DNA of 63,381 nt, filler included, from Collodictyon triciliatum (lineage: Eukaryota), in NCBI GenBank assembly GCA_043381765.1. It is 15 parts of 15 records of this genome, joined end to end, with 100 filler letters (N's around TTAATTAATTAA, not from the genome) between each part and the next. Parts side by side here need not be neighbours in the genome. Positions count along the whole stretch, not along the records: positions 27,705 to 31,898 come from JBHJMP010006399.1; positions 31,999 to 36,191 come from JBHJMP010006400.1; positions 36,292 to 40,480 come from JBHJMP010006401.1; 12 more parts are not named here. One strand, 5' to 3'. Under the pieces are notes generated by a model. It had not been told where the DNA came from. It saw only the letters and a list, made by a program, of their open reading frames with translations, and did no database searches. This document shows positions 27,790 through 38,955 of this stretch, piece by piece. The position numbers were made by a program, and so were the translations under genes. Position 1 is the stretch's first letter; the number at the start of each line of letters is the position of its first letter.

Positions 27790-28260
27790 ACTCTACTTTG
27801 CCCACAATACCAAATGACCCACTACTCTAGAATCTCTGGACAGTCATAAGGGGACATATGCTGTGGTCCTTATGGAGTGTGCGCGCATTCTCTCGCTCTA
27901 ATGATTCACCCGAACGAGAAATCGATGTATCCAGGCTTTCAAGCCTCGTGCAATACAACTTCCTGAACAGCCTGCTGAAACACGCCCGCATTATTCACTA
28001 CTCTGACCGCAAACAAAGAGAGATGTGGGAATGTGTCGTGCGATATCTCCCACAGCCCATCCAACCCCTGCTACCCACACAATCAATCAACCAGTTGGGA
28101 CGCCCACCTGACCAACCCGCTATCGCTGATTTCTTTCCAGTGCTACCCTCTCCACGGTAGTGTCTTCCCCTACTCGCGTTTGCTCTCTCCCATGCGCTCC
28201 CATCTCGCCCCGTTGTATGGCATAACCTCGCTGCATTTTGAATCGAATAAAAAAAAAAAC
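27790..28260 (+). mobile_element. LINE family A 3' end: ORF2 C-terminus, 3'UTR and poly(A)
   Basis: HMLWSLWSVR (W-x-x-W-x-x-R, typical of L1/Tx1 ORF2 ends), followed by a UTR ending tttgaatcgaataaaaaaaaaaa. Bases 28126-28235 recur at 48935-49044. Confidence 0.75.
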
Positions 28261-29540
28261 AAAGTCGAAAGCCAGTGCGATAGTCACTGGGTTAACAAAC
28301 TGTGAAGAAGCCACGAAAAAGGAAAAAAAAGAAAAAAAAAAAACGACTGTAAGGCAGCAAGAGACATAGCATGTGCTCAAAGCCTTAGTTGCTTCATTTT
28401 CATCAGAATTGACACAGCCAACATCTCCGCTATCCTGCACAAAATTGAAGGAAGAATATATATCAGCATAGACATGAATATATCATTTTGTGATTGATAG
28501 AAAGCGCAACGACTAAAATATTTTTTTTTAAATAATTACGAGAACCGAAATATTTTAGATCGAGTGATGGAATATTCCAAAAATTCCTCAGCTTGCGCAC
28601 GAAATTCTGCCGTTATGCGCACATTTCCCGAGCATTGACAATGCATCTGTCGAAGGAGCAGGCCCACACCATTTAAGGGTTGGCAGCTTTTGCCGCGAGT
28701 TAATCCAATATTCAGGCGAAAAAGCCAATTGAAAGCAAAATCTATGAAAATTTTGTCAACACGCGCCAAACTGTAGCCCGCATACGCGCCAAAAAATAAC
28801 AGCCTTTGAGAACCGTTTGCTAAGTGCGCTAAAGCCGTTTCTCGAATATATGAGTCGATTGCTATAGGTGTCTTCGGATTTGCTAAAACTTAGCAGGGTC
28901 GATTCTCCGAGAATTTGACAATCTTAATTCCTGCACTAACTCAAATAACTTTCATAAAATATAGCTTGATCGAAGTTCTGGAGAGTAACTATATATTCAA
29001 AATGACCGTGCATAAAAGTGGTCTTTTAGTATTTATGGTTCAAGAATGCAAGACAAATGATAGATGGTCTATAAATACGTCACTACCTTGGTACGGGTGA
29101 ACTCATACCCACCGCTATGTGATATTTTCTCACCGACAGCGGGGTACACCAAGTCAAAGGCGTTGGCATTGAATACCGAAATTTAAAAGCAAAAAGCATT
29201 TCGTAGATACAATGCCGTTTTCACAATACACAAGGAGGGATTTGTTTCATACGGAAAAATGCAGAGATGGTGTACCTTCACATAGCTATATAAATTTTGA
29301 TTGTATAAACCACAAATATTGCTTTTAGTGCCACAAAAAAAAATTTCTATTCATATTTAAAAAAACCACGAGGCGTCCATTATCAATACAGTGCTCAGTT
29401 TTTTTTTGTTTTGTTAAAAAGCCGATATTTCAAATAGGATGGGCTAAAGTGATACCATTAGACACAATATCTTTCATTTTGATTCATCGGTCCTAAACTA
29501 AGTTTTTTTTTTCACAGACCAAGCACTCAGGGGGAAGCAG

Positions 29541-31898
29541 ATGGCCACCAAGACACAGGATAACAAACCACGAATCTCTTTGGCGTCGGATGACTCGTCT
29601 GGTCCCAAAGACCCAAATAATAACGCATGGGCAGACGTAATATTTTGTATATAATCAAGATATTATAACTCCATGGTGCGTTTTCTAATATGAAGTAATG
29701 GCCGTTTTGTCTACAAATGATAAATTATAAATACTTATTAACTTGAATAATAGAATTAACTTTGTGTCGACCATCAATAACATGCTTTTATATAAAGGCT
29801 GAGATAAGGAAGAATATCAGAAGCACGGTATCACTGCGAAATTCAATCTTGCTTCTATCTTTCTTCTCTGTGGTTTCTGTTGCGTTGGTGAGCGTGGTCC
29901 CATCATATACATTTGGGTTCTCGGTATGTGGGTTTCAAATATTCGCTTTTTTTTTTTAAAGTTCGAGACGCGCCTACAGTTTTCCTGAATATTGTATCAT
30001 TTTTGCTTAATTTCTTTTTCATTTATAATATCCCTCCTAAACACACACGCTAAAATTTTGGTCACTTTTTAGTCTGTGAATGACGTCTCCAACCAACTGC
30101 AAACACAGGTCCGGGTCACCAATATTATCCTTACCACACACACACACCAAGCATATTGTGTAGCTTACTGACATTATTTTTTCAGCGTAGAAATGTTTTT
30201 TTTTTAATGACAACTTTAGACCGTAGAGAGAATCAGGCAAGAAATTCAGGCTTCTTTGGACATTCCTCACGAAATGCTGCGTGGTTTTGAGGCAACACTG
30301 TTCCAAATGGATCTGGAAGCTAATGGACTCAGCTGTGATAACTTTGCAGCCCGTCTAATGAATATTGGCATCGTAGAGGTAAATAGTTTTACTCAGACGA
30401 AACGGTCTTTGCAGTCTTTTTTTTTTTTTTTTTTATAAAAAACTAGATGATGGAGACAGAGCCGTTGAATAGAGCTGAAAATACCATTGATAGAAATCAA
30501 CAGCATTTTCACAAGCCTTCTTTGGAACAGAAGATGGGAGCGCCGCAGGCAACTTTCGATTTGTGAAACAAAATAAAAATAAGATCATAAACACAATATT
30601 CAATGTATCAAGTCTCCAGTAGTAGTCATGCAATTCATAACGAAACCTCCGTTCAATTAAAAAGGTATTGTCAAGGACCGAGGTCCAACCTCATGGGCTT
30701 GCGCAGCACCCGAGACAAACTTCGAACTGAGAGATGCTCTCGTGACAAGAGCAACCATCATGACCCCGCTCAGTCAACTTTCCATCAGGAATAAGGTTCC
30801 TGGGTTCAACTCTACCATAAGGCCATGGTACACTGAATATTATCGCGTATAATGATATTCGATACTGGCATTTGTGTTTGGTGAGTATGCCACAAGACAT
30901 CATTTCACTTCATATTGAATATAAAGGTACAAAGCAGCCAAAGGTAAGAGGGGGCCAACATGGACCCCTGTGTACACACTAATCGCAGCGGGTGGCGGAG
31001 TATTGAGCATAGCTGCCGCAAGACCTATATTCAAAGACTTGAATGATTGTATAATATAAATTAATATGGAAATATGACAGCGGAGCAAAATAATAATTCA
31101 AAATTTTCTCTTAGCCTGGTTTCATTATAAGCAACTATAATTCATGGAACATTTTCATAATAGCTAAAATAATTGGTGTTGCTGTCGTTGGCATGAACTT
31201 GGATTTGGTGCAAGCAAAATTGAAGAGTATCAAAACGAGCGAGAACGGCCAAGCGTATATTCTACAAAAGGTATGTATCTTAGCTGTCAAATGGCATTAA
31301 TTCAGCCTTGACGTGCGCATATTACTTTATCACCAATATGCATTTTGGTATGCAGCTTCTGCCACTCATTATTCTAACAAAAAGGACGGGAGCATCATCG
31401 CCAATACCCTTGGCGTCGCCATCATCGATGAAAATAAAAAGATGGTGCCCTATGTAAACTCAAAAAACCAGCTAATGATCAAATCCGGAAATGTAATACC
31501 ACAATCCATCTATCATCTAATCACAAAAAAAAAAAAAAATTCGTTTGAAAATGTGACCCGTGTACTCACAGTTTTATCTTTTTATTTTAAAGGAGCTGAA
31601 AAAGAACCCTGGGGGTGGATTCGAACCAATAAAAGGAATCCGCAAGTTTTCAACGTACAAAGGAGATAAAGAGTACCTAACATTTGCATCTACCTTGGTT
31701 GACCCAAGAGGCGGAATCGAATGGGTATACCTACATGCCTGCTTCCTAACCCCACAATCTTCTTGCTCCTCACTTTGTGCGATGGTAGCAGTGAGGTCAT
31801 TTGATTAGCTAACCACATGACTTGTAGACCGTCGTCATTCTGATTCCTCGCAGCGACATCTTCTCCAAAGTCGACAGTATGATTGTGCTGTCTTCGTC
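29541..31898 (+). CDS. Transmembrane sensor with extracellular double-Cache (dCache_1) domain; C-terminal output domain missing
   Basis: TM1 (SILLLSFFSVVSVALVSVV), then FFGTEDG, FNSTIRPWYKAA..PTWTPVY..LSIAAARPIF..IIGVAVVGMNL..LKSIKTSENGQAYILQKDGSIIA..GIEWTVVILIPRSDIFSKVD, then the start of TM2. Confidence 0.85.
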
Positions 31899-31998
31899 NN
31901 NNNNNNNNNNNNNNNNNNNNNNNNNNNNNNNNNNNNNNNNNNTTAATTAATTAANNNNNNNNNNNNNNNNNNNNNNNNNNNNNNNNNNNNNNNNNNNN

Positions 31999-32100
31999 AT
32001 GTATGTATGTATGTATGTATGTATGTATGTATGTATGTATGTATGTATGTATGTATGTATGTATGTATGTATGTATGTATGTATGTATGTATGCATGTAT
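31999..32100. repeat. (ATGT)n microsatellite
   Basis: Direct reading. Confidence 0.97.
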
Positions 32101-32152
32101 TCAATATTTTATTCAATGAAATCACTTCACGAGTTACCTGGCTGCCAAATAG

Positions 32153-35100
32153 ATTTATCAGACGAAAAAAAAGGAGATGAAAAAAGCTATGGAACGATTT
32201 CATAAAAAGAACATGCTTCGCTTTGGACCGGATAGAGAGAAGTCTACGTTTGATTCATCACAAGTTGACATATGGGCTTTTCAGAGCATGCATGTAAGTC
32301 TATTCCCAATCTTCTTCTAAGCTCACATTCCATTGACATTAATTGTAAAAATATTCTTTACTTATGTTAATGAGTAGGGTCTGTCAAAAAATAGTCACAG
32401 TGTCAACATTACTTGGCTTATCAATTAATCTCGTACTTAGGCCGTTTTTATGCTTCCTATTTTGAAGGATTTTTATCCCAATGCAAAAATTGTGCATGTC
32501 ATTGAAGATGGCAGATTCTCGAGCTTGGAAAAAAAGTCTAGTTTAGTCATACATATCTTATTCCTTTTTTTTAACTGCAACATACCGATTTACTTCAAAC
32601 TATAATAATTTAATTTATTTCAGGAGCATGTCAATGTTTTAATATATATACTATTTTATCTCAACACCTGAAAAAATATTGTGATTCATTTCCAAATGTC
32701 ACTTGTTTGGTTAAAACAACGTGGAATATAAAAATCCATTCTTGAACGATTGGTTAATATCCCTAAAATTTAGATATCGTATGGCCGACCTTAATTCTAT
32801 CTCAAAAATTGTCTTTTCCAGGAATGGAGAAGTGGGAAATACACAAATGGTATATATATATTTATTACAAAATAGCTCATCTTAACTATAACACCAAACA
32901 GAGGTCTACGCAAAAAAATATATATTTACTACACTAGGATAATTAGAAAACTACCTCTGATTTTTTAAATAAGTTTGTAGTTTATCAATATTCATGATAA
33001 AAATGGACTTTCATAAACAGGACAAGTCGAGACTTGTTGCTTCCTTGTGGAATACAATCAACACACAAATTAGTGACAATGCTCCTGCTGTATACGGAGA
33101 AGATTACTTTTTTATAAAGTATAAATACTGTATTATTTATACTTTTTGTGTAAAAAAAAATAAAATAAATTAAGAGACCAGTTGGTTAGCATAGCTTAAG
33201 AGAAATACATCGTAAAAAAATATTCATCATACAGACTAGAGGATGCATGCGACGATTTTAAGGGGAATATTATAAATATAATAAATAATCTATCCATCGA
33301 GAATCCTGGTATTTCCTAGCATTTAATTATTGAAACTATTTTTCAAGAAATGTATTTTTAATAAAAATTTAATATGTTTGAATAAAAAAAACCATGTTTT
33401 ACTAGTATCATCCGTAGATGAAGTTTTCTCTCGATTTCAGAAAAATCGAGAGGCTGATTGGAATGTTGTATGCTCTCGCTCCAAACAATTATATCAGCTA
33501 CAAAAGGTGATTTAATATATATATATATATGGTTTACTCCACTCAAACGTTCCCTAATTTTCTCAGTTTCGATGACAACATATAATGGTGCATAAATCAA
33601 AGGGAATTATGAAAAATGGAGCATATTAATTATAAAGTTAACTTTGAACAGTGCCACTCAGCAATAATAATAATTGAATGATTCAACATTCACTCATAAA
33701 TTTTAATAATACTCTCATTTTAAGGTTTTTGAGGTGTCCTTTCTTGAAGAACTGGAAAATATTACCTACTCAAGTAAATTGATTTATACACTTAATCATG
33801 ACTACATCTTGGTCTCTCAACATGCCATTTAACTACTAGTTGTTTTATATGTTACCTTGCATCTCCATGTATTGATGCTTGTTAAAAAAAATTATAATTT
33901 AGATCTTATTAGATATGGATATGCTTCACCTGAAAATAGCACTTTTCTCTTGAGAAAAGTACGATGTATTATTTTCTGTTTATATGGCCCACGCAAAATA
34001 GATATTGCCATTATTATTTTTTGTCTTATGTGCCTTTATTATCTTAAATTCATAACATGGTAAATTCAATCATACCAATTTAGATTCATTTAAGATGATA
34101 CCCGAGGGATACTTGATTATTTATGTTTAAAAAGCAATTATGCATACTGAACGACACATTTTAAAAGGACGATCTGAAAAAAATTGCCAACCTCGTCTCC
34201 AAAGACAAATTTCTTGTCGTGACATTTGTGACATCTCACTACCACAGACTCCTTTTAAACTGGCTCATAGGTTCATACTTTTCGTGTGTAGTGGTCATAT
34301 TCTTGTATTTCTAAGAATAAAAATTTTGAAGAACAGCCTGTTATCAATACTAACTAGATAAGCCCTCGTTGATTTCATGATTAGATATTGTTTAGCTTTA
34401 TTTGTTTATTCATTTATTTATTTATTTTTGTCTCAGGCATGAACAAGATCGACGTGGAAACAGTACTTCCAATTTGCCTCGACTTTGAGTGCTCAACTTT
34501 TCTCAAATCAATCCCCGTGATTCATTTCTTTGATGCTTCAATATGCTGCATGAAAAAATATTATGATATTTTACACATGAGGACGCAGGTTCGAAAAAAG
34601 TTCCACTCTATATTAATCTTTTGCGATATTATTGCGTTGAGTGGTGAAAAATGTGACGAATATATGCGACTCAGTATATGCGAGTTCTCCTTGAGTTTGG
34701 ATTCGATGTTGTAATGTCTGATGCTGACGCATTGTGGTCCAAAAATCCTCTCCCCATTTTGTTTAAGCAGCAAACAGATTTACAGGTCTCTCAGAATTAT
34801 CAAAAAAAAAAAAAATTAATACTTTCAAGGCTTCCCCTTTCCATCTTCAATCAAACAAAAACTTAGTAATTGTTTGGGTATTGTCAAACAGTAATATTAC
34901 ATGATACAATTTACATAGCCTCTAAATTAAAATATTGTATTACGTTAGGCGATGGCTGGCATATTCCCCAATAACCTATATAAAAAGTGGAAGTGGGGGA
35001 CGATGAATTGTGGACTTATCTTCTTTCGTAGCACCTCAGCAACTAAACTATTTATTAAAAAGGTTATCCTTATTGATTCAGAAAAAGATTATGAGTCTCA

Positions 35101-36038
35101 AATAAAGTAAAAAGCAAAATAGACAAACGATAATTCACACATGTGTATGATACATGGGCCTTGAATTTCCTGATGAGAATTTTTTGATTGCTTGTCTTAC
35201 GAAGAATTGGTCATAGCTTTCCTAGTATTGCTTATTTAATAATACTTACCCTTTAATTAGATGATGCACAATATGCTCCAACAGCGTGATGACCAGATAT
35301 CTGCCAATCTTGGTTTTCTTTATAAAATTAAATTATGTCAACGAGAGATTGAGTATTTTCTGTAGTTATAAATTCTATGTTTATATACAAATACAATTAG
35401 AATACCTGTGCTTTGAATTTACCCTTTCATATTTTTTTCTTTTGTAAAAAAGTGTTCGATCAGAACAACATCACATGGACAACAATCTTAGAAAATTCAC
35501 CGCGATGCTTGTTAGGTAACATAATGAATCTGCCATTTTCAAAATAACACACACGTATATCTTATATTACTCCTTGACCACGATAAACCCCCTTAGAAAA
35601 GATGGATATATGTAAAAAAAAAATTTTAAAAAAAATTCGATGTTCGTAGGTTTTTTTTATCACCTTTATTCTATTCGATTTTCGAATTCAATATTTGTAG
35701 ATATTTGCTAACTCTAATCGAAATCGCACAGGGAATTGCAATTATGGATATGTTGAATCAATGAATTTGACAGTCACACTGATGGACAAGCGCCTCTTCA
35801 TTACTGCCTGCCGAAGCAAGGTTGTTTTGAATATTAGGACATTGCCGCTTTCTCTCATATGTGTATATATTTTTTTTCTTTCGCTCTCACCACTTTCGAA
35901 TATGATTACCAAATTCTCGAAACTTTGAACCAAACAAATAATAACTATACCTTGTACTCCCTGCTTGCGAAGAATCGCGGAGAAGAGACTCCTTTCGTTA
36001 TTCATGCTGCTTGCACAAAGAAAGAGGAACCAGTCAAG
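32153..36038 (+). CDS. Sulfotransferase-like domain followed by nucleotide-diphospho-sugar transferase (GT77-like) domain; partial
   Basis: LPILKDFYPNAKIVHVIEDGR, ASLWN..FFIKLED and YGY; then VLPICLD..LLEFGFDVVMSDADALWSKNP..MNCGLIFFRSTSAT..DDQISAN..PFVIHA. Confidence 0.75.
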
Positions 36039-36467
36039 GTGACTTTTGCAAATGATTTTTAGTATGTTTTCAAGTCGGGTGCAGAAAATAGAAAAGAAAG
36101 AGAGAAAGAGAGAAAGAGAGAAAGAGAGAAAGAGAGAAAGAGAGAAAGAGAGAAAGAGAGAAAGAGAGAAAGAGAGAAAGAGAGAAAGAGANNNNNNNNN
36201 NNNNNNNNNNNNNNNNNNNNNNNNNNNNNNNNNNNTTAATTAATTAANNNNNNNNNNNNNNNNNNNNNNNNNNNNNNNNNNNNNNNNNNNNCATTTTTAA
36301 AATTTATTTGGGCACTGTCGTCATTAAATTCAAATGGTGATTAACTACGTAAAAGTATATAATTCATAACTGTAGGGGAAATCCAAAAAAAAATAATGAT
36401 ATTAGAAATTCAAAAATCATAATTTGAGTGGCCAGTAGATGTATAATGTACAGTTCTTTTATGAGGC

Positions 36468-36543
36468 TTTTTTTTTTTTATTCTTCCTTTCAACTTTTGT
36501 GCAGGACCGAGGGGGGGTGTTGGCTTTGGTTCGCTAGCCATCG
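36468..36543 (-). mobile_element. Family-B retroposon 3' end interrupting an LRR-gene intron
   Basis: Reverse complement reads cgatggctagcgaaccaaagccaac..cctgcacaaaagttgaaaggaagaat(A)12. The intron diverges from its paralogous introns exactly at this point. Confidence 0.8.
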
Positions 36544-36580
36544 ATAGGAATGTCTTGTTAAAAAAAAAGGATTTAGTTAC

Positions 36581-38955
36581 CTGGTTGGTGGATATATTGA
36601 GTGATGCGACGAGTGTCAATGTGCAGATGGTTTCAGGGAATTCGTTGAACTTTGGGGTGTAGGTAATCGTCAGAACACTCTCATTTATGATAGGCTGAGA
36701 TTTATGTTTATATGCTCTTTTATTCGAGTATTCTTACACTGTTGCTGCTGATGCTGAGATTTGTGAGATTATTCAAGTTCGATATGTTTTTTCTTTGAAT
36801 CAAACAAAGGGAAAAAAAAAAGGTCGATATGTTTGCTGGCAGTGTGGATATCTGTTTAATTATTAATTATAGAGATTTTAATTGCAATCAAAGTATTACT
36901 ATAGTAGATTGGCGAATATAGGAATGTCTTGTTAAGAAAATGATTTAGTTGCCTTGTTGGTGGATATATCGAGTGATGCGATGAGTGTCAATGTGCAGAT
37001 GGCTGCAGGCAATTCGTTGAACTTTGGGGTGTAGGTAATCATCAGAACACTCTCATTTATGATAGGCTGAGATTTACATTTATATATTCTTGTTAAATCA
37101 AGTACTCGTACCTTGTTGTTGCTGATGCTGAGATTTGTGAGATTCGTCAAGTTCGATATGTTTGCTGGCAGTGTGGATATCTATTTATTGATCAATTAAA
37201 GAGGGTTTAATTACAATCAAAGTACTAATATACTGTATTAATGAATATAGGAATATCGTTAAAAAAGGATTTAGTTGCCTGGTTGGTGGATATATCGAGT
37301 GATGCGATGAGTGTCAATGTGCAGATGGCTGCGGGCAATGCGTTGAACTTTGGGGTGTAGGTAATCGTCAGAACACTCTCATTTATGATATGCTGAGATT
37401 TATGTTTATATATTCTTGTTAAATCAAGTACTCGTACCTTGTTGTTGCTGATGCTGAGATTTGTGAGATTCGTCAAATTCGATATGTTTGCTGGCAGTGT
37501 GGATATCTATTTATATATTAATTAAAAAAATGTTGAATGAAATCATATTATTCATAAAGCGGGTTAACGAAAACAGGTATTATGTCCATATATGAGTCAT
37601 CATAAACCTGGTTGTTGGTTATATCAAGCAAATTGGTGGGCAGCATGAACAGTTCATTTGGTAAATCTTTGATGTTTCGTCCAGATAGACTTATTCCATC
37701 GCTTTTTGCGAGATTGATTGAGTCTAAAATTTGTTGGATGTGCGATGGAAAAGCATTTTGCTTCGTGTCCAGCTTCTTGAGCATTGTCAAAGCTCGCAAA
37801 TCAGGCAAAGTGGATATCTGTTAATTGAAGGGAAGTTTTTTCCTTAATATCGGCGGTTGGTGCATGAATCTGGAAGCAAATCAAAAGCATATAGTTTGTT
37901 TATGAATCAATCATCAATCATTCTGTCTGAATCAAGCACTAATGCTCGTACCATATTGCTGCTGATACTGAGATTTGTGAGATTCGTCAAGTTCGATATG
38001 TTTGCTGGCAGTGTGGATATCTGTTCATTTATTAATAAACGATGTTTAAATTACAATTAAATTACTAATGAATTGGATAAACCATCACATGAGTGAAGGA
38101 AAATAAACCTTATCATCCGAAGCATCGATCATCGCGATGTGGTCATCATGCAGAAAGGTAATTATTGCCAAGTCATGTGGAATTTGTTGTTTATCAATTA
38201 TTGAGATTTATGCTTGGACAGTGATATTGATTCACATACCTTGTTCTGGCTGATGTCGATGGAGCCCAAATTCACCAGGAGAGAGATGTTGGCTGGAAGC
38301 ATGGAGATGTTTTTTCTGGTCAAATCCAGCGAGTGGAGCTGGATATATGCCTCGCTTGGTGTCCATCCCGGCTTCATAATTTCGTCTTCCTGTTTTTGTT
38401 TTGTATTTAGGATACTTTTCATTATTTATTTATCTTTTTGTGCTTACGGGGTCGTAGAGCTGCAGCGCGCGGATGAGTTTGTAGTCTGCGTTTGACGTGC
38501 TGTTCCACACTGGAAGGGCTGTGATGCCACGCGGCGCTCTCTTCATGGTCTGTCGGCCCTCCCATTCGATGCAGAGTTCCTTCAGATTCAAGAGCGCTGT
38601 GATTTCTAGAGGAAGCTCCTCCATCTGCATGTGTCATCATCAGTAGAATTTTCTTTTCACCATAAATAAAAATTGGAGCAACGAGTGAATAAAAACATAC
38701 CGGGTTGTCATAAACGCTAAGATATGTGAGACCAATCAAACACAATATTTGAGGAGGCAGCGATGACAGCTGATTATAACCAAGGCTCAAGCTTTTCAGA
38801 CCGGTCAACAAAAAGACACCACGAGGAACGAAAGTCAACTCATTCCCGGCTAAATATAGACTCGTGATGCTTTTTAAAGAGGCGATGTTGTCTTTCCCGA
38901 CGATCTCTCGAACCTCTTCTAAAAGCGCGGCCTGGACAGACGGAGCGTTTCCCAT
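36581..38955 (-). CDS. Leucine-rich repeat protein with N-myristoylation-type start (MGNAPS); 3' end disrupted or absent
   Basis: LxxLxLxxNxL repeats. Tandemly duplicated 69-nt exons ISTLPANISNLTNLTNLSISNNK and FNELPAAICTLTLIASLDISTNK in a ~326-bp genomic unit. Confidence 0.88.

Noticed and set aside
26878-28260. One continuous LINE spanning the linker at 27605-27704
   Set aside because: The contigs are joined artificially, and the second begins with a (CT)n tract rather than ORF2 sequence.
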